A stretch of 54,569 nucleotides of DNA, the filler included, from Sphacelaria rigidula (taxonomy: Eukaryota): assembly GCA_964200075.2 (NCBI GenBank). It is 5 parts of 5 records of this genome, joined end to end, with 100 filler letters (N's around TTAATTAATTAA, not from the genome) between each part and the next. Parts side by side here need not be neighbours in the genome. Positions count along the whole stretch, not along the records: positions 1 to 10,835 come from CAXNAA020005830.1; positions 10,936 to 21,769 come from CAXNAA020005831.1; 3 more parts are not named here. One strand, written 5' to 3'. Shown in pieces: positions 1 to 11,480 of this stretch. Positions within the stretch are counted from its first letter, which is position 1. Each line of letters starts with the position of its first letter. The notes under the pieces were generated by a model. That model saw only the letters and a list, made by a program, of their open reading frames with translations, did not search any database and was not told the origin of the DNA. Both the position numbers and the translations under genes were made by a program.

Positions 1-861
1 GTTATTTTCGGGGCTGTTTTTTTCCATCCCCTTGGCCGGTGTGAAAGGGCCGAGAGGGGAAGGGATTTTCACTCCCCCCCCCCCCCCAAACCCCCGATTA
101 CCGGCAGGATAAAAAAAAAACTTTACACTGGAAATGTTACGTAAGGTTCAAATACATGTGCGCGACTTCTTAGGGTCCAACTCCAAGAACCGATGTGAGG
201 TTTTGTCGATGAATACGCTTGGGGCGATCAGCGTGAACCAGCCTGTAGGAAGACGGTTGTTTTTATGTCTTGTATTAATGTTACGTGTACACAATGCTCA
301 TCCATCAGACCACCTACCCTAGCGGTCAAAAGGTTAATACGAGTGACGTTGCAGAACATGTTTTGATTTAGAGTTGTTTGCTTCACGAGTATGTGTGCTA
401 ATGATGCGTTCTGTTGAACGGACATTCAAAGAAGGGTAACGGCGGCATTAGCCATCGCAACATTCCTCTCATCAATGCGCCCTTGTACATTGAGCAGGTT
501 CACACTGCGTCGCACATAACTGTACGCATTCAATAAATTAGTACGTTGACTACGAGTGCGACGTATTAATCCGCCGCGATTCCAAACGAGGATATGATGT
601 TGGCGTTCTGTTGAATGTTAAATTAAATACCCAACAACAAACACTTGGGAATGTCAACCCGTTGATCGCCAGGGCTTACAATCTGAGTCACGCAGCAATT
701 TTCCAACTGACGTAATGCTGATCGCACGAACGACCACCTACCGAACTGAATGTCCGTTTGTGGAGATCGGGACCTTTCCACCACCTTTCCACGTAAAAAT
801 GGGCTGAAAAGCTCACACTACATCCGATGCTAGACACTCAATCCAGCGAAAAAGATGCAAC

Positions 862-1362
862 ATGGGCAATACGTACCAGTGGAGGCGGGGCATGGAAAAA
901 ATATATAGCAGCAGTACAAAGGGACCAAGGAGGGAGTGCCGCGAAAGGCTACATACCATGATGCAGTCCGGGCATGATCAGGACGATGTCCTATACCTCG
1001 TGGACGGCTACCGCGACCGAATTGAGGAATGGGTCAGCCACTGCCTGATGAGCGTTAAGAAAACTTTATTCTCCAAGCCCTTCCTGCCGAGTGTGGGAGG
1101 TCCGCATGAGCCAGATACGAGGAAAGCGAACTTAATGTGGAGGAGATTCGGCACATGGTCAACTTCATGTACCTCGACTATCTCTCCCCGCCCAAACGCC
1201 ACAAACATGGTCGCAGGCCGTGGTGCTGCTGTGGAGGCAAGCAGGGAAAGCGACGACGGTAGGAAGAGCGACAAAAAATGCTTTTTCTGCGGGAGGCGAG
1301 GTAATACTAAAAAAATGCGCCGCTTGGAAAGCGGCCCAACTTACGAACGGGGGGGGGGGTGA
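862..1362 (+). pseudogene. gag: Copia gag fragment with degenerate CCHC zinc knuckle
   Basis: ORF 862-1362 ends in KKCFFCGRRGNTKK, upstream of copia pol remnants. Confidence 0.6.
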
Positions 1363-2422
1363 CTAAGCAAGCGGGGGAGGCGGCGAGCCACAGGGATGCT
1401 CACTCTATATGACCAGCGGCGAAGGCAAAGAGGAATGCCCTGTTGTCCAGCGGCAGAACAGAGAAAATGTGAGCGCAAACCTCACCAGTCATTGATCAGG
1501 CTGCCCCGCATTCCTCGGTCAAGGCGAGCCGCCTCTTGCCATCTGCCTTCTGCCATCTCTTCCAACACCGTGAAAGCACCGAACACGGACAATTCTACGG
1601 GAGCGGGGGATATCTAGCTGTTTACTTCCACCTACGAACCAACTGCTTAGTTCGACAGTAGCGGCCTCTTCCCAGCCTTCGTGGGGGTCGACGACGACAG
1701 GCTGGGTGGTCGGCTCTCACCACGGCGAGAGGGTCAGTCGAGAGACTGGGAGTCCGGGGCAACGACATACTCCTGGCGATCAGCGGGGCGCTGTCCATCC
1801 TAGCCCGTACATTGATGATAGTGGCAGCAGTACACTACAAACGGCTAACGTTTGGTAGCTCGTTGCATCACCGAATAACGCTGCACAAAAATAGCCAACC
1901 TAAAACCTTTAGGAGCATCACCAACCGGAGGATTGGTTGGCTCTTGCGGCGGGGCCGGCGATAGCAGAAAGGAACAGCGGTAACAACAGTACCGTCAGCG
2001 TGATGGGGGACAGCTAGGCGTCGGGACACTACTTCGTCAAGATCATCAATCCTCTGCTGGAATGAAGGTACACATTCTTCAACCATCAAGAGCTGGCTGT
2101 ACCGCGGAAATTTCACGACTGCTGGAGCACATCATCCACGGGCAAGGAGTGCAACGCCTGATCCAGCTCTCGTGCTCGGTCGTGCCTGGCCTGGGACCAA
2201 AAGTGTTCTCCGTAAAGCAAGCGACGCGCGATAGAGTTGTATCCAACTTCGACATGGACAATCGACGGCTGGAGGCAAAACGTTTCACCGCCCTACTCCA
2301 GGAGCCGAAGAGCAACCTCTATGCCGTTTCGCTAGAACTCATCAACGGTAGCGGCGCGTCTGGACTGGCAGTAGAAGCTGTCGACCACCGCGACGCCATG
2401 ACACTGACTTGGTATGTGTTTT

Positions 2423-2695
2423 CCGGTACGTGACTGTTTTCCTCTCGTGGCCACGGGTGACTCCCATCCCGAGCACCAACGACACGTCCCCCGTGTCGTT
2501 CATCGAGAAATGTCCCATCAGATTCCGCTTGATCGTCTCCAGCATTGTCAGAACGTTTCCTAGCAGTAAAACATCATCCACACACAAAGATACAATGTAG
2601 ATACCGCCACTCTCTGAGTAGACGTGTACGCAGGGGTCCGACTTGGGGCTGTTCATACCGATTTCCGCCGGGTGCTTGTCCACCGATCGGGGAGA
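2423..2695 (-). pseudogene. Inverted copia RT fragment
   Basis: Minus-strand KSDPCVHVY...IVSLCVDDVLLLG...FSMNDTGDVSLVLGMGVTR matches the copia RT core (YVDD region). Confidence 0.85.
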
Positions 2696-2749
2696 GTCCA
2701 GAGGTGTAGTACAACTAGCACACTTGGTCGCAATCACTGGGTTTGGCGA

Positions 2750-3888
2750 AAAGCAGGCGCTACAATTGCTTGAAAGTGCGTTGCTGGGCGAGTACCGCCA
2801 TCAGCGCCAAAGTCCAAGCTGCTGGTGAAGTACGATCGACAAACACCTGGCAGAGATAGCCTCAAGTCGGCCTGTGCACACATGTTTTCGGGGAGTGGAG
2901 ATATTCACATCTTGACCTTGTACGCGAGTGACGTTACTGTTCGGAAAATATCTCCAAGTGCTGGAGACATTCATGAGGAAACAGATGAGAATTTTCTCGA
3001 GGAAACAGATGAGAATTTTCTCGATGATCGACACGGCAAACTTGTCGTTAGCGCCCGGGATGGGAGTTGCCCGTGACCACGAGAGGAAGACGCTTACTAC
3101 TAACCAGGAAAACCATGCCGAGTCTCTGCCGGAGCGAGAGGGAATGGCGAACTGCAGCCCGGCATACACTCCTGCGGTAGGACGGGCTTTTTTCACTTCA
3201 TCAGACGCAGGGGAAGCTGCAAGGAGGACAAGCAGCGCTTCCAGGCCATCACGGGGTAGCATGATGTAGCTCGGACAGATGACTCGATATTGGGTACGCC
3301 GTTCATCACCTGGCGCGGGAGATGTCCAAACCGCCCAAGGCATAGATGATGGCCAAACACCTACTTCGGCACCTGGCCGGGGCGGCAAATCACAACGTCA
3401 CATGCAAAAGGGGCGGTTCCAAACTAGGGGCGTTCTCCGACGTGAACTGGAGCAACAATCCGGACAACGGGAAATCCATCTCTCAGACTTTCAAATGGCC
3501 CCATCAGCTTCAAGGTGGGACTACAGCAACTGACGGCACAATCGACCATGAAAGCAGAGCTTATGACCGCAGCTCTGACCATGGATTAGCCCGTATTTTG
3601 CTTGAGCATATTGCGCAAGCTGGAGTTCGGTGAGCGCTTCGATTCCGTTCCCGTCTACATCGACAACACCTCAATTCTTCACGTCGCCGGCAACTGAATA
3701 TTCAGCTCGCGAGTCAAGCTCGTGCCTTTAGGGTACTACTTCATCCAGGAACTGGTCAAAGAGGGAAGAATCAGAGTTCGTTACGTCAAGACCGAGGACC
3801 AGCTTGCCGACATAGAGACCAAGCAACTCAGCAAACACAGGCACTGCTACCTCGTCAGGCTGATCAATGCGTTCAAGGCCCAACCCTA
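2750..3888 (+). pseudogene. pol: Copia RT-RNase H, disrupted
   Basis: RQSPSCW, FSMIDTANLSLAPGMGVARD, AKHLLRHLAG, FSDVNWSNNPDNGKS, YIDNTS, YFIQELVKEGRIRVRYVKTEDQLAD; also a 24-bp tandem duplication at 2975-3022. Confidence 0.88.
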
Positions 3889-4112
3889 GGGTTTGCTTTG
3901 ATGTCTTGCCTATTCTGAGAGACGTGGTAAGAACACCATGCTAGAATAGTTGCCCTGTGTAGTAGATAACGGTTGGAATGAACACCACTTGAGGGGGAGT
4001 GTTGAGAAATGAGGCTTTATTCTGAGTGACGTAGTCAGAAGACCGGATGGTTGTGCTGAGTGGTCGACATCCTTTGGTACGAACACCATCGGGTCATTGT
4101 GTTGAGGGGGAG

Positions 4113-4437
4113 TGTTGGGAAATGAGGCTTTAGAGCTCATGAAGTCAACGCTTTGTAACGTGATGTGCTGCGTGACACCAGGGGACAAATGCAATAGTAT
4201 CTTCACGTTGCATGCATGTGAAATGGGATATGTGGCGAAATAGCATCGTAGATGGCCACGGGGCTGTCACCGACATTTCAGCCTGAAGTGAGCGTCACCT
4301 CCCTCCTGCACTCTTCCACAGACTGTATAGCACAGGAGGACGTTCTCAGACTTCTTTTCTCACAAGCGGCACCTTGAACGCCACCTTCTGCCTATACTTC
4401 TCATGCAGTGTCTGTTCGATTGGATTAACTGCCAACA
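4113..4437 (+). repeat. Copia 3' LTR
   Basis: Starts TGTTG directly after PPT GAGGGGGAG (4104-4112) and ends CAACA (4433-4437). Confidence 0.7.
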
Positions 4438-5692
4438 GCGCCAGCCATCGCGATCAAATTGAAAGCGCCTAGGGACATTTTCGGAACAAGAACAATATCC
4501 GTCCCACCCCCAGCCATCCTTGTGTAGGACAGGGGATAAGGACGACAGTAGTGATACGATCCAGGTTCAAGCCAGTCTCGTGTGGGAGCCTTACCCGTGC
4601 CCTTCCCCTCACCCCACCCCTCACCTCAAAGTGCCCGCCTTTTGCCGCGTTCCCGAAGGTCCACGTGTTCCAAGGGCAGCCGTTAGCTCTCAGCCACTTT
4701 AGGACCTACACACACCAAAACCGTTTCACACCAAGCGCACGAATAATCAAACTCTGCAACAACATCGAGCTTTTTTGGTTTTCGATGATTTGCGTGTGTC
4801 TCACTAAAAACGTTTATATTCCAGGGGTAGTCGCACCGCCGTAGAATCTCATGGCGACGCAGCAGCGCTCGTTCCAGATAAAGCCAACCGAAGAAACCGG
4901 AGCGGTTCGTCGAGTCGATTGTTTCGACATTTGAATATCTTCACCACCAAATTTGCTGTGAAGCGTTTTGGCGATTAAGGAGGACTATCATTATTCTGAG
5001 ACGGCGTTGTACCGATTTGTCGACTTTTTATGCGCAGGACATCCCCGATAGACCCGAACTTGCGCACTCATTGATCAGACCAACTTGTTCGTTCCTATCA
5101 GAAGTGGTCTAATGGTTGTACCGCGCTGACCTCCAGTCAATAGCTAAACGGACGGGCGTATGTAGGAGGCGGGTTGGAATAGCTAGATTTGGGGTGGACG
5201 AACCGCCCACATGAACAAGGTCGTTGCCACGCGTATAAAAGACGTCATAATTTGGTAAGATGAGCTACGGTCAGCATCATATTACCGTCACAGTACGGTC
5301 AAGCCGTAGCGGTGATCGCGCTGACAGTCCATGTGCATACGTGTGCGCAAAAATCGTATCACACACACAGTAGAATGACGCACGACGGAAAGTCGCCCTC
5401 TTCCCCCTTCACCATGGCAAGATGTTATTGCACGCCCGTTGGCTAAAACTTTACTATCCTACAATCGTACGTGCAAAACACCCACGTCCATTTGCTGCTC
5501 ACCTACAACTACAGAAGCTGTATCCCGGAACCTCAAAAATGTCAGCAGAAAAACACCTGGCAACAGGGAACTCAGACTTTTAAAATGACTCAGCACACCG
5601 CGGGAGATCAAGAAGCAACACCGACGACGAACGGACAGATAAAAGCGTTCGCTCCTGCGTAGAAACAGTCCTTCTGTCTCCGACACACGCAC

Positions 5693-5871
5693 CTGCAGGT
5701 TCCCTGCTGCCGCAGCTTCCGCGCAAGTACAAGGACCCCATGGACAGTTGTTTGCCCTACACCACTGCAATATCGCCAGGTGTCCGGCGTTCGCCGCACT
5801 CCCCATGGTCCACTCGTCCCAGGGGCATTGCGCCGCCCGTGCGTATTGGAGTGCGCTCAGGGAGCCCTGGG
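5693..5871 (-). CDS. Exon of spliced ankyrin-repeat protein (CPW-type repeats)
   Basis: QGSLSALQYARAAQCPWDEWTMGSAANAGHLAILQWCRANNCPWGPCTCAEAAAAGNLQ; pyrimidine tract plus CAG acceptor, GTGCGT donor. Confidence 0.85.
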
Positions 5872-5957
5872 CTGTTGTTCGTAGGGGGCGAGAGGAAAGG
5901 AAGGATCGGGAGACGCTCATTTTCTCGTTTCCTGACACTTTCGACCCCCCTTTTCTC

Positions 5958-6012
5958 CGGGACGAATCCATGATCTGAAGGGATCAACTCATCTCTCGCC
6001 GAGTGTACGCCT
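5958..6012 (+). repeat. Dispersed repeat A, copy in the ankyrin-gene intron
   Basis: CGGGACGAATCCATGATCTGAAGGGATCAACTCATCTCTC resembles copies at 11359, 21662, 51351 and 54110. Confidence 0.7.
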
Positions 6013-7687
6013 TGCATTTATCGTCTCGCGGATGGATTAGCACTCCCGCACAGTATCGACTCTCGTCGAACAAGCGTGCTCCTGAGTAATCGACTCATCT
6101 CTCCGCCAGTACATGCTTGACATTTTCTGGTCAAGAACTGAATACCCACTCCTGCAACCCGTCGGCGCTTGTCGAGTATTCTTTGCTGCACACATCCCCG
6201 TGCATTTCAACCGCGTAAACCACGTCATGTTCAAATAGATTATATCTGCAGGGATTCGAACCCGCAGCCTTTTGTTATTATCGGCCGTTTGTGTACCAGT
6301 TTAACTCCCAGGGCGCAAAGACCTTGCTTGATTCAAGTGATCAAGGGTATTTATCGCGAGTAGGAATTCGCATGAACCTCATCCGCCAATTTCACTAGTG
6401 ACCCTGTGCTACGTCCAACCCATGAGACAACGGAGCTGGAACGTGCTGCTATCTTGAACAAACACATATCTCTTTCTTCAAAAATGCGTCTCATAATTCA
6501 ATGGCCCCTATCTGCACTTGGTTGCAAAAAAACTGACTCAGGGCAATCACTGTCACCTCGTATGCTTTGTGCTCCTCTACATTAGAATTTGCGGCGCAGT
6601 CATGATAATCGTAGATCAGTAACGTTTGTCACAACGATAAAACATGAGCAGCAACAATGACGAACAATGAACCACCAAGACATCGACATCAACAAACACG
6701 CAGTAGGGACACTTATCTCGCAGAAACCCCCTGGAGTTCGCTGTGCAACGTTCACAATGTTTGAAGTTCACGCTAAAATCTATACGTCGTGTGCGCAACC
6801 CCGTGAGTGCACGCTCAGTACCCCTGCCGGGCTGAGTATCGTCAAAAGTCTATCGGGCGTACGGTAGCTCCCTCCCAACCTCGAGCACCACACGGAAAAC
6901 AGGTGCAGAGATTAGTGCGGCGAAAATATTTTGTTACCTGGGGATAACACCTTGGGTAACTCAGAGACTTTCTTCGTGAACAACTAGGACAACTTCTGAT
7001 CATCCCTGAAGGTGGACGCTTTCGGCCGAGTAAATTCATTCAAGTCTAGCGACTGCTGGGCTTATTTCTCGTGAGGGCAAAAACATCACGGCCGAGGAAG
7101 GCGAGGGGTTACAGAAATGAGACAAAAGTGAAGAGTTCAACGCTACCCGGTAATCTGTAGCAATTGAAGTAAAGCTCTGACCGTTGACTTGAGCGTTCAA
7201 AATGACAGTCGTAAATGTTCAACTTTCAACTTCAAATTTACGATTTTACTTCGAAAATTGAAGCGAACCTCCGCCTCAGACTTTACACATTTAACTTGAA
7301 GGTCGAAATGCGACCTGAATATTTTGAATTGAGAAGTCGGAGGTTCTCCTGAACGTTCAACACAATACAGTGGTCGAATGTTCAATCTTCAAGGTTCAGG
7401 CCAAAAGTCGAAGATGCGCTTGAAATCGTTCCGACTATTGTAGCAGAAGGCATTTCTTCGAGCGTTCATGTTGAAACGTCGCCCTCAACGTGACGGTTCA
7501 GCATTTGAGTCGAAACGTGTGCGTTCCAGCCGTAGGTTCAACTTTGAATTCCGTCCTCCATCTGAAAGTTCAAACCTAAAATTGAGCATCAAAATTTCAA
7601 CTCAAACCCTCAAACGTTCGTGCGGTACCTAGGTCGTGATCATGGTGAGTGGTGCTGTCCTGTGGGCATCAGATCAGCAAAAGTCAC

Positions 7688-7880
7688 CTGCAGCTCGAGC
7701 GCAAGTCAACGCGTCCCAGGGACACCCGCTATGTCTTGCCCACGCTAGCTTGGACGCAGACTGCACGGTGCTGTTCACGGCAGTGTAGGTGGGGAGAGCT
7801 GACCCCAGCCAAACGTGCTTCCAGCGTCTCGACACTCCGGCTATGAAGAGATAACCTTCGCCACTGGCGAAACTCATCAC
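7688..7880 (-). CDS. Upstream exon of the ankyrin-repeat gene (F-box-like segment plus first repeat)
   Basis: VMSFASGEGYLFIAGVSRRWK...KLAWARHSGCPWDALTCARAA; CAG acceptor, GTGACT donor; splices in frame to 5693-5871 (193+179=372 nt). Confidence 0.82.
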
Positions 7881-8319
7881 CTGCGTCACACGAGAGAAAT
7901 ACAGCGTATACCGTGCCAGTGAATTCTACCGTAGTGGAGAACAACAGGATGTAACGCCTGAGATTACGAGGGCTAGAGATGACGGGTCACCATCTACTGC
8001 CGCTGCTATGGGCGAGGGTGCATGAGGTACCGTTCTGCATGCGGTGTGGGCAAACCACGTCGCCTCATGATATTCACTCATCTAGAGTTTCGGTAGGTTG
8101 GTGGCCCGACGTATTAGTGAGAAATCTAAACCAGTTACTGGCGTTGTACCAATCTATATTAGTAGGACAGACGGCAATCATATTTTGGGTAAGGCTAGGA
8201 AACATGGTTTCAACGTGGGCCCAAGACAAAGCATGTTCCTCATTACCGACCTACTATTGTACTACTTCGTACCTAGGTGCTATCTATGCGACACTTTGTT
8301 CATAGATAATGTTACCTAC

Positions 8320-8541
8320 GCTCCCCTGCAGACGGATGTCGTTTCGTTCTGTCAAGCTCTGCCAGGCCGGCATTTCGTCTTTACTTGATTTCAGAGTACG
8401 TATATTTTCTCCGAGACCTCGCAGCACACTAAGTTTGACAATGGGGTGCGTTCTGTTTCTGCTTGGGTTGCTTCCTGCGATGTCTTCTGCATGGCGATGT
8501 GGCACTGAGGTGTGTTCCGTTTGATGAGTTTCTCGCTCCAT
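8320..8541 (-). CDS. Putative first exon of the ankyrin-repeat gene
   Basis: ATG at 8541, open for 74 codons to a phase-0 GTAGGT donor compatible with the phase-0 exon at 7880. No recognisable motif. Confidence 0.4.
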
Positions 8542-9793
8542 GTCTCAGTGGAACCTTCGATCGTAGGACGCACGAATCTCTCTCGACGGCTCACAGACCA
8601 CATTCCTTCGCGGAATCAGTTCTCACCTTCACTTGAGAATTGAATCGGCACCATGTTGATGGGAATCGGGAAAAAAGAGACTCGCCTCACTTGAATGGTA
8701 TGAAACGGTCCGCGCGCCATCGCTTTCAACTGAACGCTGTCTACCGTCGGGGTGGGGCTGACACCTCTTGAGCGTGTTTGAATTTTGCACGCGCGCCGCA
8801 TTATCGCAACCGTACTTCCTTCCTCACAGTCTCCAGTGCTGCTGCAGCTAATGCTACTCTACCCTACATGCAATATTTTCACCACGCGTGACTGAATACA
8901 GTTGTGTTCACTCCTTTTTCAACTTAATCATTGAGACATTCCACAATGGGGGGGGGGGGAAGGGTAGTTGGAGTCATGTCTTCCACAAAAGCAGCAACAC
9001 TTGTTCGAACGCGGTTGTTACCGATAAGTAACACACATTCATACTGCTTCACACCGTTTTCACCCATATACAAGCGCACCGCGAGTGTGTTCGGTCGTCT
9101 GACACACCCATGAGCCCTTCTCGTGGAATCACACGACCCCCGCCCCCTATCGTAGGATCACTCCATTTTTGTCCAATCGGCGTAATTTTCGGGTTGCTTT
9201 CATTAAATCATGTCTACAGATTTGTGCAAGGTCAAGCACAACGTGCTCAGCTGATCGGGAGTTACACCATTTTTTTCAGTCTAGAGAATTTGCCATTACG
9301 CACCGCGCATAAATATCATAGGTGCTCATGTATTTTGGAAGTCAATTTACTGAGCGTAGCGGCATAAGCCACCGAAACGCTTGCATGAGTGGGTACCACC
9401 ACATAGATGGGAAAAATTCCCACAAATATCCGTCGAGGAATCAACTTTGTAGATTGGCGGCACCATGGGATAACTCGTAAGCTCCATGGACAAAAGATAG
9501 CGGGTTCGAATTCCTGCTCTCAGCAGTAAATGACGAGACAAAATAAGCGGGGACAAAATCATCGTAAAAATGGTGGGGACCACACAACTGGTGGATGCTG
9601 TCGAAGCAAAGTTCAGAGACTCTCGGGAACACTTCCTGTGGAGATTGTTGGCTTGGGGTTCCAACACACGTAGAAGAGATATATGTGAAAAATGGTGTAC
9701 ATCCTCACCGCTAGCTGACGAACAAGGTTATACCCTACAAGCCTCTTCTTGTTGAACGCACGCACGAAACTGCTAACAATGAGGGGTGGGGGA

Positions 9794-9852
9794 GGGGGGT
9801 GTACTCATGATCACGCATGCCATAGTCATGAGACCATTGACCTCGCATCCCT
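9794..9852 (-). repeat. Dispersed repeat B
   Basis: Minus strand AGGGATGCGAGGTCAATGGTCTCATGACTATGGCATGCGTGATCATGAGTACACCCC matches 43738-43780 and 51413-51470. Confidence 0.7.
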
Positions 9853-10835
9853 ACATAGCGGGGACGGGTCACGCCGGACCAGACTAAACTGAATGACAGC
9901 CTACAGTGAGTTGCTTCATTTTCGGGTATCACCACTTCCAGGGACCGCCACGACTTACACGCTGCCTCATGGATGTCTCACCATGTAAACACTATGTGAT
10001 ACGATCATTTCCTTTTGCGTCGAGTTGAGGTTCTCCCACCCCGCACAGTATGATCTAGCTCGACCACCATCATGGTCACCGCAAAAAAACGCAAACGCGC
10101 GAAAAAAATCGATAACCTGGTTGCCCAGCTTACGCAGCAAGTGACGTGTTTTTACCGTGTCATCGCCAACCGACGGCATTGCATATGCTCAGCATGTCTC
10201 CCGATCAAGCCCCGAGCTCGAATCCCCCCAGCTGCTGCCGGCAAGGCCAAAAACGCAGCTGTTGTCGTGAGGTTTTAGAGTTGTCATGCACATGCACAAC
10301 ATCAACGGCGTAATTTGTACGTTGGTTTGTGGAGATTTGCAAAACAAGTGTGGTGGTTTTGCATGCCGCCGCTGGTAGCCGCCATTAACACGGGTTCTAC
10401 TTGTTCCTTTCTCGTCGACCCCTACCCCAATTGACCGATGTCGCACATGCTCAATTTGGGTCCGGTCGAGTGAATCACCACACGTGCCCAAGAGTTTTGT
10501 TGACGGGACCTTTTCTGAAGACGAAGTCTTCGTCTCTTTCGGGGGAAAAGCTTCCTTTCCGAAAAACGTGAGAACACATTTGTTAACCAGGGCAGGCAAG
10601 AGATTTTATCAAGACTGACGACCGTTTACCATGAAATTCAGCGTCGGATTTTTCAGCTTCTTGTTTTCGAGAAGTCGGAAAGAAAATTCGTTTTTTCGGT
10701 ATAATACTTGAGGTATGAAAATGGCGGGAAAACAGTCTCGTTAACCCTTTTGGGACCGGGCCTCCAGAACGACCAGGGAGGCTGATCAGGAATGACGTGT
10801 CTGGCGTATGCACGAAACAGTGGCGTGTTGCTGAA

Positions 10836-10935
10836 NNNNNNNNNNNNNNNNNNNNNNNNNNNNNNNNNNNNNNNNNNNNTTAATTAATTAANNNNNNNNN
10901 NNNNNNNNNNNNNNNNNNNNNNNNNNNNNNNNNNN
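10836..10935. other. Artificial contig linker
   Basis: 44 N + TTAATTAATTAA (stops in all six frames) + 44 N. Confidence 0.98.
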
Positions 10936-11480
10936 TGACTGAAAGCTGCAGAGAAAGGCAGGACTACCGTACAGTTTGGTATTTCGTTTGATTAGACCTT
11001 GTCCCTGGTGGGGGTGCGTGCCAGACGAAACTCGTGAGACGAATGTCAGCCGTCAAATCGCTTGCCCTGCGATGTACAATATTCAAACCGAAGTAATGTG
11101 ATTGCACAACTGCCACTTGAGGGCTACTGTATTTAGCACCAACACGTTGTCGACGATAACCCCCTCTCGCCTGTGACCCTGTGTTGAGTCGGCATCAATT
11201 TAACTTGAAAGAAATATGCATTATCCAGATGGACTATCCTCGAGGCCTAAGGGTTCAGGTCAACTTAATGTGATTCGATTTGATTGATTGTTGTGCTTCA
11301 ACTGACCCCCCAGGAATCCAGCAGCGTGGTCGCATTGTAGACGTACTCAAGTCATATTCGGGACGAGTCCGTGGTCTCAAGGGGTTCACCCATCCCTCCT
11401 CTGGTACACGCTCTGCATTGAGGGTGTCGCGGAATAGGCCACCACGCACGCACCGCGTGAACCCGTCGAATAACCCACAC
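10936..11480 (+). repeat. SINE or non-LTR 3'-end-like repeats, including repeat A (11359-11465) and an (ATTG)n tract
   Basis: TAATGTGA end (~11265) shared with the tail at 19501-19541; 11359-11465 aligns with 21662-21769. Confidence 0.5.

Larger units (their letters stand above)
760..4437 (+). mobile_element. Degenerate Ty1/copia LTR retrotransposon (gag, protease/pre-integrase region, RT, RNase H, PPT, 3' LTR); integrase and 5' LTR not found
   Basis: Decayed zinc knuckle CFFCGRRGN (~1280), VPGLGPKVFSVKQA (~2185), copia RT remnants (2750-3330), RNase H AFSDVNWSNNPDNGKS and VRYVKTEDQLADI.TK, PPT GAGGGGGAG followed by TGTTG. Many stops and frameshifts; 5' boundary approximate. Confidence 0.88.

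Noticed and set aside
1..125. Homopolymer-rich start
   Set aside because: Probably a low-quality contig end; no telomeric unit.
4473..4662. Weak inverted ends GGAC.TT..CGGAAC
   Set aside because: Too degenerate; no TSD or second copy.
4820..4900. IWNERCC on the minus strand as a last ankyrin exon
   Set aside because: Poor match to the repeat and no clear splice acceptor.
10880..10891. TTAATTAATTAA palindrome repeated every 10,934 bp
   Set aside because: Assembly linker embedded in Ns, not biological.
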